A DNA stretch of 64,000 nt from positions 61,187 to 125,186 of the forward strand of contig CBDDBX010000043.1 in assembly GCA_965225955.1 (NCBI GenBank), given 5' to 3'. How positions within the stretch are numbered: position 1 is the first letter of the stretch; each line of letters starts with the position of its first letter. This document shows positions 1 through 9,585 of this stretch, piece after piece. The notes beneath the pieces are model-generated. The model was given only the letters and a program-made list of their open reading frames with translations, was not told where the DNA came from and searched no databases. The stretch is from Candidatus Aminicenantia bacterium (GTDB taxonomy: Bacteria; Acidobacteriota; Aminicenantia; UBA2199). The translations under genes were made by a program, and so were the position numbers.

Positions 1-270
1 CGCAACATGAGCTTTAGTTCTGTATTCATATAATGTATCAAAGGTCTGCAGTTCCTTTTCCATTGCAGAAAAATAGTGCTCATAAGCTCCAATGACTGAA
101 ATTTTATCTGACAGAATCAGTTCACATCCCAGAGTTACATTTAATTTTTCGACCTCAGAAGTCCCCCACCCAATTCCACTAAATAGTTTTACAGGAATTT
201 CATCTGCTTTAACTGCAGTACTACTAAAAAATAAAACAGCAAAAACTGATATTAAAAATAATTTTTTCAA
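1..270 (-). CDS. Partial outer-membrane beta-barrel protein, fourth tandem paralog (OMP_b-brl-like), 3' end cut by the window edge
   Basis: Minus-strand translation from a TTG at 268-270, preceded by AAGGAGA, gives MKKLFLISVFAVLFFSSTAVKADEIPVKLFSGIGWGTSEVEKLNVTLGCELILSDKISVIGAYEHYF. It matches paralogs 344-895 and 1854-2381 motif for motif: signal peptide, GGIGxGxS, NVT, S-V-x-G-S/A-x-D/E-YFF. Not in the ORF track because it is partial. Confidence 0.5.
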   Translation of the reverse strand, partial: MKKLFLISVFAVLFFSSTAVKADEIPVKLFSGIGWGTSEVEKLNVTLGCELILSDKISVIGAYEHYFSAMEKELQTFDTLYEYRTKAHVA

Positions 271-343
271 AATACTCTCCTTGTTTCTATGATCAATTTT
301 TAAAAACTCTCAAGCCCGATTGCACCGTTACTACCTGTTTAAT

Positions 344-895
344 TCATAGATTACAACTAAACAGAGCATAGGTTTTCAGCCAGGAATAACCATTCCCGAC
401 ATTCACATCCATTCCTATCTGCAGGCCGGTTTTTCTACTCACATAAAAATCAAAGCCTACTCCTCCACACAGTCCGAATCCTTTTCTACTATCAATTTTT
501 GTACTCCAGGAATTTTCATTTATATGAGATATACGCTCTGACTTAAATTTAGAATATGCCAGGCCCGCCTTCATGAAAAAACTACCCCCCATCTTATATT
601 TCAGAGATGTTCCGATCACCCATGCCTCAGATTTATCTTCTATTTTGCTTATCTGTTCAGCATTTTTTTCTGTAACCGATTGTTCATCTTCGGGGGCAAA
701 AAAATAGTCAAAACTACCAACCACGGATATTTTCTTTGTTAGTTTAACTTCGCTACCCAAAGTTACATTGATATTTTTAAATTTCGAAGCCCCCCAGCCT
801 ATTCCTCCCAGAATGCTGACAGAGTTTTCCTCAGCTTTTAACCCAAAAGCTCCAACAAGCCAGATAGCAATAAATAAAACGATTAACTTTTTCAA
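344..895 (-). CDS. Small outer-membrane beta-barrel protein (OmpA-like beta-barrel domain family), paralog 1
   Basis: 183 aa. N-terminal signal peptide MKKLIVLFIAIWLVGAFGLKA. Alternating hydrophobic beta-strand pattern, GGIGWGAS and NVT motifs shared with the neighbours. TTG start preceded by GGAGGG. Confidence 0.7.
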   Translation of the reverse strand: MKKLIVLFIAIWLVGAFGLKAEENSVSILGGIGWGASKFKNINVTLGSEVKLTKKISVVGSFDYFFAPEDEQSVTEKNAEQISKIEDKSEAWVIGTSLKYKMGGSFFMKAGLAYSKFKSERISHINENSWSTKIDSRKGFGLCGGVGFDFYVSRKTGLQIGMDVNVGNGYSWLKTYALFSCNL

Positions 896-928
896 CTTTC
901 CCTCCTGTTCCTCATTTTATGACTAATT

Positions 929-1468
929 TCAGATGATCCTGACACAGAAATTTGTATAGAATTTCCACCAGGTAGATTGTCCTGCATCATAAACATCTAC
1001 GCCAAACCTTGAGCTCAACCTTTTGCTCAAAGGCAGATCCAGACCTATTCCGGCACTTACTCCAGCTTTTCTCGTTTTTACAATCTCACGATACTCCCTT
1101 TCCGGTTCCTGATACTCTTTTCTATGATATCTGTAAATAAACCCGGCTTTTGCAAAAAACAGCCGGCTAATCCTGTATTTACAAAATCCTCCCAGAGATA
1201 TAGCTTCAGTATCATCTTTCAAAACCACTATATTTCCTGACTGGTGTATCTCCTTACGTACACTGTTATCAGGATCTTTAAAGTAGTCCATTTCCATCAT
1301 TAGAGAGATTTTCCCTGTTAAAACAAGCTCTACCCCTCCTGTTACATTAAGGTTTTTACAATCTCCTGCGCCAAAACCCGCACCTCCATAAAGTTTCAAC
1401 TGAGTTTCTTCTGAACAGAGCACCATACTGGCAGTCAGAAGAAACAGAAAAACAATTAATTTTCTCAA
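929..1468 (-). CDS. Small outer-membrane beta-barrel protein, paralog 2
   Basis: Same family (GGAGFGAG, NVTGG, MEMDYF). The ORF-track start at 1498 is a TTG; the likely true start is the internal TTG at 1466-1468 preceded by AAGGAGG, giving MRKLIVFLFLLTASMVLCS as the signal peptide. Confidence 0.65.
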   Translation of the reverse strand: MRKLIVFLFLLTASMVLCSEETQLKLYGGAGFGAGDCKNLNVTGGVELVLTGKISLMMEMDYFKDPDNSVRKEIHQSGNIVVLKDDTEAISLGGFCKYRISRLFFAKAGFIYRYHRKEYQEPEREYREIVKTRKAGVSAGIGLDLPLSKRLSSRFGVDVYDAGQSTWWKFYTNFCVRII

Positions 1469-1640
1469 TATTTCCTCCTTTAAATTAATTTTCAACAAAT
1501 CAATATCTCATCTCTGGCTGCTGCAGAAAGGTCTATAAAAAGCTGCTTAAATCAGCTATTACTAACCTATCTGAATATTGAAAATCCCCTGCATCCTTTT
1601 AGCAGACAGGTAAAGATGAAAAATGGTTTATGCACGCAGC

Positions 1641-1787
1641 ATGCCAGTTAAAATGCGGCAATAAGTATATTTTATTTACAAAAAAAGGACACTGTGTCAC
1701 ATTTTAAAGTCATACAGTACAGACCATATCCCCTCAGAGTTCAGTTTCTGAGTATAACTTGCTTTATTCATGAAAATGGATAAAAAC
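1641..1787. repeat. Duplicated upstream element of about 150 bp, copy A (upstream of paralog 2)
   Basis: Near-identical (roughly 90%+) to 2488-2646. Contains the palindrome GACACTGTGTC (1688-1698) and a short hairpin. Confidence 0.8.
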
Positions 1788-1853
1788 ACTGAAACCTTTT
1801 AATAAAGGGCAGGAGATAATCCTGCCCCTTAACCATCATATTCTCAGATCACA

Positions 1854-2381
1854 TCATATTATACGAAACCCTATAGTCCCATAGAATTTAAGCCATGAAA
1901 ACATATCTGTTTTGCAGGTATCAACTCCAAACTGTAAATTTGTTTTTTTACCCAAAGGAAAATCAAGCCCTACTCCTCCACTTATTCCAGTATCCTTATA
2001 GGTAGCCGGAATACTCCAGGATTTAGTTCCTGTATCAAATAGATACTCCAGTTTATATCTGGAATAATTCACCCCTGCTTTAACAAAAAAAGGCCCTGCT
2101 AATTTATACTTCAGGTAGAGCCCCAGATAATAGGCATAAGAATCTACATCTCTCCCCTGTACCTTCTTTTCATTATCGGGACTAAAAAAATAATCGAAGC
2201 TGCCAATAACTGAAAACCTCTTCGTTACATTGAGTTCCCCCCCAACTGTTACATTGAAATTTCTAAAATCCGAGGCCCCCAGTCCTATACCACCAAAGAC
2301 CTTAACAACCATATTGTCCGCCTTTAAGCTTCCCCCTGCAAAAAATCCGATAAAAACGAATAGTACCAATAGTTTTTTCAA
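1854..2381 (-). CDS. Small outer-membrane beta-barrel protein, paralog 3
   Basis: 175 aa. Signal peptide MKKLLVLFVFIGFFAGGSLKA. GGIGLGAS, NVTVGG, SFDYFF. TTG start with GGAGGG SD, same start context as paralog 1. Confidence 0.7.
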   Translation of the reverse strand: MKKLLVLFVFIGFFAGGSLKADNMVVKVFGGIGLGASDFRNFNVTVGGELNVTKRFSVIGSFDYFFSPDNEKKVQGRDVDSYAYYLGLYLKYKLAGPFFVKAGVNYSRYKLEYLFDTGTKSWSIPATYKDTGISGGVGLDFPLGKKTNLQFGVDTCKTDMFSWLKFYGTIGFRII

Positions 2382-2487
2382 CTTTCCCTCCTGTCAATTA
2401 ATTTATTAAATACACATTCACTTATCCCCTTGTGGAACAGTAAACTGAACATGTACTTTCTATTTACATTGAACTTATACAAATCCT

Positions 2488-2646
2488 ATGCCAGTTAAAA
2501 TGTGGCAATAAGTATATTTTATTTACAAAAAAAGGACACTGTGTCACATTTTAAAGTCATGCAGTACAAACCATATCCGTTCAGAGTTCAGTTTTTGAAC
2601 ATAACTTGTTTTATTCATGAAAATGGATAAAAAAAAGTTGGAACCT
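2488..2646. repeat. Duplicated upstream element, copy B (upstream of paralog 3, immediately upstream of the + strand gene at 2690)
   Basis: Same sequence as 1641-1787 with a few substitutions. Palindrome GACACTGTGTC at 2535-2545. Confidence 0.8.
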
Positions 2647-2689
2647 TTCCCCTTTCCCTTCTGTTTAATTAGCCATAAAGGAGGTTCTA

Positions 2690-3721
2690 ATGTTAAGGAA
2701 ACTATTAATCGTATCATTAACTCTACTGGCGCCACTTCTTATCTCAGCCAGCGGGATACTGCTTCAGGACATTGTTAATCCCGGAAATATTGTAGTGGGA
2801 AACTCAAATATTTATATAACTCAGGACACAGATGTATTTATCTTTAAAAAAAACACCGGAGAGCTTATTAAAAAGTTCGGCAAACAGGGAGAAGGTCCCG
2901 GAGAATTCAGAAAGAGCCCTGCTCCCTGGATACCAAGCTTAACTATCTATTTAACGCCGGATAACAGACTACTAATCAACAGTATGGGCAAGGTCTCCTT
3001 TTTCACAGCAAGCGGTGAATTTATAAGTGAACATAAAGTTGGTGGGCGACTGGGCAGATTTATGCCTCTTGGTAAAGGTTATATAAAAATGACTATAGAG
3101 AGAGATGGAGATACCAGAGTTATTGCAGCCAATCTTATTGATGCAGACTTTAAAAAGACTTCCCGGCTGTTCAGCACACTCTGGCCTGCTCAGTCAGGAA
3201 AAAAAAGAAACCCAGTCATCATGTCACAGATGACAACTCTTTTCGATAAATATACCTGCGGAAAAGGAGTTGCTCTACCTGATGAGAAAGGTAATTTTCA
3301 CATATTTAATACAGAAGGTAAAAAAATTCTGAATTTCACTCCACCTTATACAAGAATCAAACCTGATAAAGCATTTCAGAACTCTCTGGACAAGTTCTTT
3401 TCTGAAGATCCCAGATACAAACGCCCTTATACTCAGGATAAAAACCGGGGCCTTATAGAACTCCCCTCCAGGCTACCCGAATACCGGGACTACCGAATTG
3501 ACGAAAACAATGTATATGTTATCTCAAACTTCAGAAAAGATGGTAAGTATGAAATGCTGGTTTACTCTCTTAATGGAAAAATGTTGAAAAAAACCTTTAT
3601 TCCTCTTGCTGAAAAAGATCTTTTAAATGTTTTTCCTTTTGATATAAGGGACGGAAAACTTTTTCAGGTTGTTACTGACGACGATGAGGAAGAGTGCAAA
3701 CTTGTAGTTAATAAAATATAG
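2690..3721 (+). CDS. Secreted hypothetical protein, possible beta-propeller (NHL-like GxGxGEF motif)
   Basis: 343 aa. Strong SD AAGGAGG. Signal peptide MLRKLLIVSLTLLAPLLISASG. FGKQGEGPGEF resembles NHL/propeller repeat signatures. No confident family. Confidence 0.55.
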   Translation: MLRKLLIVSLTLLAPLLISASGILLQDIVNPGNIVVGNSNIYITQDTDVFIFKKNTGELIKKFGKQGEGPGEFRKSPAPWIPSLTIYLTPDNRLLINSMGKVSFFTASGEFISEHKVGGRLGRFMPLGKGYIKMTIERDGDTRVIAANLIDADFKKTSRLFSTLWPAQSGKKRNPVIMSQMTTLFDKYTCGKGVALPDEKGNFHIFNTEGKKILNFTPPYTRIKPDKAFQNSLDKFFSEDPRYKRPYTQDKNRGLIELPSRLPEYRDYRIDENNVYVISNFRKDGKYEMLVYSLNGKMLKKTFIPLAEKDLLNVFPFDIRDGKLFQVVTDDDEEECKLVVNKI

Positions 3722-3753
3722 AGCGCCATATAATAAGTCTTCATTAAAAAAAG

Positions 3754-3780
3754 CCCGGCCTCTTTGTCAGAGCCGGGTTT
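3754..3780 (+). terminator. Putative rho-independent terminator after the 2690-3721 gene
   Basis: Hairpin AGCCCGGC ... GCCGGGTT (8-bp stem, 12-nt loop) followed by TTT; weak T-tail. Confidence 0.4.
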
Positions 3781-3928
3781 AACCTCACCTATCTTAATAT
3801 TTCCACTTAGAAAAATAACTTCTCAAAAAGAAGATACTGCAACCAGAGGCCGGGATTTTACGTTAATATTATTGTTCTCTTCTGATATAATAATTTTGTA
3901 CTAAACAGAGATACCCTGGTGGAGTTTT

Positions 3929-5338
3929 ATGATTAACAGATTCAGACTGACAATTGTTTTAAGAATATCACTTATCTTTCTCTTCATTACAGCCGCGGTA
4001 ATTGTATTCTTCAAAACAGATGACTACCTTACTCTGGCTGGAAGCGCAGTCCTCACTTTTCTTGCTGGCTATCAGTGCTACAGACTGATGGTTTTTGTAG
4101 AAAAAACAAACAGAGATCTTGCCAGATTTCTTGAAGCTGTCCGAAATGACGATTTTACCCAGAGTTTCTCTGACAACAATCTTGGCACCTCATTTGAAGA
4201 GCTTAAAAACGCCTTTACAAAGTTAAAAGAGCAGTTCCTTAGCCTCAGATCAGAGAAAGAAGAACACTCAAGATATCTGCAGACAGTCATAAAACATATT
4301 GGCGCCGGAATGATTGCATACAGAGGAGACGGGAAAGTTGAACTTATAAACGTTTCTGCACGAAAGCTTTTTCAGATCTCCCACCTTAAAAACATCAGGT
4401 CCCTTGAAAATATAAGCAGGGAGCTGGTGGAAAAACTGCTGACTATTAAAGCAGGAGAAACTGCTGCTCTGAAGATAGACAGTCCTGAAGGAGAGATGTA
4501 CTTATCAATTAATGCCACTCAGTTTAAACTGAAAAGTGGTTTTTATACCCTGGTTTCAATACAGAACATTAAAGATCAGATTGATATGGAGAACATGTCC
4601 CGGGAACTTGAAATCGCATGGGAAGTACAGAAATCACTTCTTCCCGGAGCACCTCCGTCAATTCCGGGTTACGATATCAGAGGGATCTGTAAACCAGCAA
4701 AAGAGGTAGGAGGAGATTATTACGATTTCATTCCTCTGGGAAATAACAGAACCGCTTTTATAATAGGAGATGTATCAGGGAAAGGCACATCTGCTTCATT
4801 CTACATGACTCTTACCAAAGGATTCATTCAGTCTACTCTCATGGAGGAAAACATCTCTCCCGGAGAGATTCTTAAAAGAGTAAACAGTCTTATGCTCAAT
4901 ACAATTAGTAAACGCTCATTTGTAACTATGTTCATAACTATTCTGGACTGGAAAGCAGGCACAGCAGTATGTGCCAGAGCTGGGCATAACCCGGGCATCT
5001 TTCATTCAGCTACCGGAAGAACAGAACATATAAAACCTGGTGGAATAGCCCTTGGTTTAGCAGGCAAGAAGAGTTTTGATACACCTCTTGAAGAGTACAG
5101 CTTTAAATTTGATATTAACGATCTTTTTGTAATGTATACAGATGGTTTCATAGAAGTAATGAACGATGATAACAATATCGAATTTGGAGAAAAAGGACTG
5201 GAAAAATGTATTGCACGAAGAGGAGATATGACCTCCAGTGATATTGTCAACAGAATCTGCGATGAAGTAGATAAATTCAACAGTTCAAGCGAACAGTATG
5301 ATGATATGACAATGATTTGTATCAGAAGAGTTTCCTGA
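3929..5338 (+). CDS. Membrane-anchored sensor protein with PP2C-type (SpoIIE/RsbU family) serine phosphatase domain
   Basis: 469 aa. N-terminal TM segment, HAMP-like coiled region, PAS-like middle. C-terminal SpoIIE-type motifs GDYYDF and FIIGDVSGKGTSAS, with DGF...D near the end. Confidence 0.8.
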   Translation: MINRFRLTIVLRISLIFLFITAAVIVFFKTDDYLTLAGSAVLTFLAGYQCYRLMVFVEKTNRDLARFLEAVRNDDFTQSFSDNNLGTSFEELKNAFTKLKEQFLSLRSEKEEHSRYLQTVIKHIGAGMIAYRGDGKVELINVSARKLFQISHLKNIRSLENISRELVEKLLTIKAGETAALKIDSPEGEMYLSINATQFKLKSGFYTLVSIQNIKDQIDMENMSRELEIAWEVQKSLLPGAPPSIPGYDIRGICKPAKEVGGDYYDFIPLGNNRTAFIIGDVSGKGTSASFYMTLTKGFIQSTLMEENISPGEILKRVNSLMLNTISKRSFVTMFITILDWKAGTAVCARAGHNPGIFHSATGRTEHIKPGGIALGLAGKKSFDTPLEEYSFKFDINDLFVMYTDGFIEVMNDDNNIEFGEKGLEKCIARRGDMTSSDIVNRICDEVDKFNSSSEQYDDMTMICIRRVS

Positions 5339-5819
5339 ACCCTTTAATTTCAAGAGCCTTTGCTCCCTTTTTGTATATGTACCACTTTTTCACTGTTCTA
5401 AGTTCTGTATCTATACCTCTGTTTTTAAGCAGCTCAACTATATCTTTTCTACCATAAAAAACCGCCCAGTGAAGAGCTGACCAGCCATACTCATCCTGAG
5501 TATTTATCAACGCCGGATACTCTCTCTGTAAATCAAGAGCTCTGAAAAATTCCCCTCTTGATATAAATCCACTATAACCGGATTTAATATCTTCACTACA
5601 AGGCTGAGCATCCTGACTATCATTAAAAAAGAGAGGAGTAACCAGAAGAATAATAGCAAGCATTACCAGACCTCTCTTCCAGATCACACCGGTTTCTGTT
5701 TCTTTTACAGTTCTGCAACTTGTCAGCCTCCTGTTATTACAGTGATCTTCAAGCTCGTAATATATTAAACCACTCTTCTCAAGCTTCCTGAGCCCTTTTT
5801 GTAAACTCACTCCCCCCAA
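5322..5819 (-). CDS. Membrane-anchored ankyrin-repeat protein (last gene of the kinase operon)
   Basis: 165 aa. TM segment LVMLAIILLVTPLFF. Ankyrin repeat GWSALHWAVFYGRKDIVELLKNRGID. Overlaps the PP2C gene stop by 13 bp. Confidence 0.6.
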   Translation of the reverse strand: MGGVSLQKGLRKLEKSGLIYYELEDHCNNRRLTSCRTVKETETGVIWKRGLVMLAIILLVTPLFFNDSQDAQPCSEDIKSGYSGFISRGEFFRALDLQREYPALINTQDEYGWSALHWAVFYGRKDIVELLKNRGIDTELRTVKKWYIYKKGAKALEIKGFRKLF

Positions 5820-6572
5820 TCCTCCAGTACCCCCATAATATAAGAAGCATTATCTGCTTCTTCAGAAGCAACTACTTTCTCTTCTACAGCTTTACTAACA
5901 TCTTTATCCACCAGGATTCCCAGGAGCTCTTTCTGACTACTCATCTGTTCCCAGACGCCATCGGTACAGATAAAAATCGCATCTTTTTCAGAAAGGGGAA
6001 TAGTTGTAATCCTGTTTTTAAGAAGAGTAAGATCTTTCCCGGCTTCATCTTCATTAAAAGCATAACTGAGCAGGTTTTTATAAGGATGGGACGCCAGAGA
6101 ATCCAGAGTTACATCACCACCTCTGTAATACTCAAAAACCACAGAATCATCTTCAGTTATCAAACTAAGATGCCTGCTTCTGTCTCTTGCGACTCTGAAT
6201 TTTTTCAATTTCCAGTTCCAGTCAGTTACCAGATATAAACGGGAATCCCCAATCCAGGTATAAGTCATTCGGAATTTATTCTTATATGGCTCTACACAGG
6301 CAACTACCAGAGCTGCACCAGTATTTTTTACCTTCGCTGACAAGAATCTCTTTTGCTTCTCCAAGGCTATCTGATATAAGACGTTGTGGAGAGATGTTCC
6401 GGTCAAAATTCCTTTCAAAACTCTGAACCACTACATCTACTGCCAACCGCCCGTATCTGGCTCCCCCAACTCCATCGGCTAATATATAGAGATGTCTCCC
6501 ATCTCTCTCCAGAACACGACAAAGATCCTGATTCTCAGATCTGCTACCAATAAAGCTCTTACTCTCAATCAT
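5807..6572 (-). pseudogene. PP2C-family Ser/Thr protein phosphatase with an apparent frameshift (two overlapping reading frames, 6282-6572 and 5807-6418)
   Basis: N-terminal frame carries the ADGVGG PP2C motif (MIESKSF... start at 6572). C-terminal frame carries GDSRLY and DG motifs. Frames switch near 6300-6340, next to a T6 homopolymer. ATGA-type overlap with the kinase stop. Confidence 0.6.
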
Positions 6573-6576
6573 ATGC

Positions 6577-7947
6577 TTACCCTGCCTTAGCTCTTTTAAG
6601 CTGAACCAGACCACCGAAAACAAGGCGTCCGGTAATATCATCTCCTAAACCTTTACAGAGCTCAGAAAACCTGTCTCTGTTTATCTTTAACTCTATATCT
6701 TCTTCGCCAACTATTTCTGCATCTATAAAATCCGGTCCTTCAACTTTAATCTTTATACACCTTACCCCGACATTGAACTTTGCACTGTCATACCTTAATT
6801 TCAGACAGCTATCTGTAAATACTGTTCCCGGGCTGGCATTATACCAGGAGGGTAATGGATAATTTACATCCACCATAAGAGGTAACTTCAGATACCTTTT
6901 CTTATTCAGTTCTTCTACCCTTCTTTCAAACCCTTCTATTAAAGATTTCCCGAAGCCAGAGACTGTCCGGTACTCTCTTAGTTCGGGATTTATAACCAGA
7001 GCTCTCTTTAATACTGAATATATATAATCTGGTAATAACCCCGAAGCAATTTTTGTGAAGTAGTCAGAAAAATAACTCCCCGGCTCTGAAGGTTCAAGAA
7101 GATACTCCTCAGCAGCAGTTTCCCCAAGTATAAATTCAACAGCAATAACTGCCATAGCATATATATCTATAGAAAACTCTTTTCTGTAATCTTCAAACAG
7201 ATATCTTGCAGGATCGCTGTACATAGGAGTGCCTGCAACACTACTTCTGGTATGAGTCAGACAGGCAAGCTTCTCTTTGGCATTCCCAAAATCACCAAAT
7301 ACAAAAGATAATTTCCTACCCCGCTCTACAATAAAAATATTGGCGGGAGAAATATCTCTGTGCACTGTATCTTTATTGTGGATCTTCTCAAGTTTAAACA
7401 ACAGTTCTGAGATTATTTCAGATTTCCTGCTGAACTCTATGCTGCTGGTTCCGTTTGCCTCAAGACCTATAAGGTCCTTAAGAGTTCCTTCAGCAATTTC
7501 CATAAGAATACCGCCACACTCGTGTTCATTATTATCAGAAGTGCAGATAATCTTTCCTGCATAGAAGACCTTAAGAACCATATCATCATCAAGACCTTTT
7601 TCAGTGAGGGAATTTATAATAGATATCTCTTTATTAAGATATGTTGCTGAAGCATCCATCTCCTCTTCTATCTTACCGCTACAGGTAGTAAAGTACTGCT
7701 CAAAACTAAAAGGTACCTTAAGAGCGAATCTGTTACCTTCAGAACAGGTTACTTCGAACACTGTACCAAGCCCACCTTTCCCCAGAAACCCTGTTATTCT
7801 GAAAAGCCTGCCTTCCAGCTTTATACTGGTGCAGCTAACCTCATAACCATCCGGGAAATCCCTCTTTTGTTCTATCTCAAAAGAATCTGAAGACTGGCAG
7901 TCGTTTATGTTCGCTTCGATTGTTCTGCAACTTCTGCAATATTTCAT
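6577..7947 (-). CDS. Eukaryotic-like Ser/Thr protein kinase with N-terminal Cys ribbon and C-terminal domain of unknown function
   Basis: 456 aa. CRSCR at the N-terminus. Kinase motifs GKGGLGTVF, ALK, HRDISPANI, GDFGNA, and AGTPMYSDP (APE-like). About 170 C-terminal residues unassigned. Confidence 0.85.
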   Translation of the reverse strand: MKYCRSCRTIEANINDCQSSDSFEIEQKRDFPDGYEVSCTSIKLEGRLFRITGFLGKGGLGTVFEVTCSEGNRFALKVPFSFEQYFTTCSGKIEEEMDASATYLNKEISIINSLTEKGLDDDMVLKVFYAGKIICTSDNNEHECGGILMEIAEGTLKDLIGLEANGTSSIEFSRKSEIISELLFKLEKIHNKDTVHRDISPANIFIVERGRKLSFVFGDFGNAKEKLACLTHTRSSVAGTPMYSDPARYLFEDYRKEFSIDIYAMAVIAVEFILGETAAEEYLLEPSEPGSYFSDYFTKIASGLLPDYIYSVLKRALVINPELREYRTVSGFGKSLIEGFERRVEELNKKRYLKLPLMVDVNYPLPSWYNASPGTVFTDSCLKLRYDSAKFNVGVRCIKIKVEGPDFIDAEIVGEEDIELKINRDRFSELCKGLGDDITGRLVFGGLVQLKRAKAG

Positions 7948-8516
7948 CAGAAAGATACCCCCAGATATAAAAACCTCTGCCTTAACAGGCGATTGCTTTC
8001 TGATTGAAACTTATAACCGCGAAAAGGCCACTCATATTTATATCCCAGTTGAACATACAGCCTCCTGCTTACCGGAACCCTTACTCTCAGATCCCCATAA
8101 AGTGCCAGCTGGTATATCAGATTGTCTTTAAAATACTCTTCAGTACTACTTTTTTTAAATGGATAAATTATACCGCTCATACCAGCAGAACACTCAAACC
8201 TCACTCTTCCTGCACCAACAGATACAACTTTTCCAAATTCCAGCCCTACACCATCAAGCTGTAAATCTGCTTCTTCTGAATTAACAGCTGAACTCTGACC
8301 TTTTATTCTGTTATAGATGATAGAGATTTCATATCCGTTTTCTGTGAAGATTCCACCTTTGAGTCTGAAACCGCTGAACTTATCTGCAACGGAACTACTA
8401 CCCGAAGAGCTATAATCCCTCAAAGAGCAACTGCTTTTCACTGAAGTAGTTATAGAAGTAAAGACATCCGGCAACCCGATAGCAGGCAAAAGCAGCAGTA
8501 GAATCATCAATCTCAT
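7947..8516 (-). CDS. Putative small outer-membrane beta-barrel protein
   Basis: 189 aa. Signal peptide MRLMILLLLLPAIG. Amphipathic alternating strands. C-terminal YLGVSF with terminal Phe. Overlaps its neighbours by 1-4 bp. Confidence 0.5.
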   Translation of the reverse strand: MRLMILLLLLPAIGLPDVFTSITTSVKSSCSLRDYSSSGSSSVADKFSGFRLKGGIFTENGYEISIIYNRIKGQSSAVNSEEADLQLDGVGLEFGKVVSVGAGRVRFECSAGMSGIIYPFKKSSTEEYFKDNLIYQLALYGDLRVRVPVSRRLYVQLGYKYEWPFRGYKFQSESNRLLRQRFLYLGVSF

Positions 8517-9577
8517 TGAACTGCCTCTGAACTATATTCCAGAAATATTTTTGAAGAAGCATCTGTAATCAACCCCTTAAGTAATCGATTATGCTCCACC
8601 GCATCATCTATTACAACTCTTCTACTCACCTTCCTGACCTTTTTTCTGAAGGATTTAATAAATTCTACAACTCCTTTTACTGATAAACCGGCTCCAAGAA
8701 CCATTGTTGTACCACCAGCACCCTCCATAAAAGCTCTGTTTCCTCCACTGATATTCCTATTATCAAGTCTTCTGTCTATTACAAATCTATTGACTCCAAT
8801 AAGACCGGCCCCCACAATAAAATGTGGCAGAGCCTTACGAAAGAATCTCCTTTTATCAAAATACTTTTCCTGTACTATCTCTGTTTCATACCTGAACTCT
8901 TTTCTGTAACTCCTGCCAGCCAGACTTATCTCTGAAGTTTTCCAGTTAACCAGAATATTATCCGGCATAACTACTCTTCGTCTTACCGGAACATCTCTGT
9001 TAAATTCGATTCTGTCAGTTTTGAACCGGAAATTGATATTCTTCTCAGGCACCTTGAAATGAGGCATCTCAACATTAACAGAGTTGTCTCCTTTCTGCAG
9101 AAAAAAGACCTTTCCCGCAGATCTTCCATCAACAAAAACCTGAAGCTCTGCAGATGCAGTTGTTTTTACCCTGAACCTGAGAACTACTTTTCCTTCATTA
9201 TATGGATATCTGTTACGGTTAAGTTTCACAGATACTTCAGAAGGATAATTTTTCTTCCATGAAACCATAAATTCATGAACTCTTATTCTGCTGATACTAT
9301 CCAGAAAACCCAGTTCCACCTGACCTTTGGTATCCTGAAAATATCTGGTTATACACCTTTTTTCATTTACCTTATCCTCAACCCTGCAGTATAACCATGC
9401 AAGGAGAAGTATCCTGCTTTTATAATCTCTTTCGCGATATTCACCACTTTCTATGAATTTTATATAACCTGAATAATCTTTAACTTTACCCAGATAATCC
9501 CCCGCAGCATCTTTCCAGCTATCAACACTACTTCCATAGCAGCATAATCCCGGAATAAGAAACAACAAAAATCTCAC
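8513..9577 (-). CDS. Secreted hypothetical protein
   Basis: 354 aa. Signal peptide MRFLLFLIPGLCCYGSS. C-proximal Gly-rich hydrophobic stretch and basic tail. No recognisable domain. Confidence 0.5.
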   Translation of the reverse strand: MRFLLFLIPGLCCYGSSVDSWKDAAGDYLGKVKDYSGYIKFIESGEYRERDYKSRILLLAWLYCRVEDKVNEKRCITRYFQDTKGQVELGFLDSISRIRVHEFMVSWKKNYPSEVSVKLNRNRYPYNEGKVVLRFRVKTTASAELQVFVDGRSAGKVFFLQKGDNSVNVEMPHFKVPEKNINFRFKTDRIEFNRDVPVRRRVVMPDNILVNWKTSEISLAGRSYRKEFRYETEIVQEKYFDKRRFFRKALPHFIVGAGLIGVNRFVIDRRLDNRNISGGNRAFMEGAGGTTMVLGAGLSVKGVVEFIKSFRKKVRKVSRRVVIDDAVEHNRLLKGLITDASSKIFLEYSSEAVQ

Positions 9578-9585
9578 AATCCCCC

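Noticed and set aside
92-292. 66-aa + strand ORF at the window start
   Set aside because: It lies antisense to a well-supported partial outer-membrane paralog (TTG start at 270 with SD). No SD, and low-complexity product.
1499-1853. Possible small RNA, tmRNA or riboswitch in the 355-bp spacer
   Set aside because: No recognisable conserved RNA motifs (no tRNA-like T-loop, no riboswitch consensus). Better explained as the duplicated promoter/leader element.
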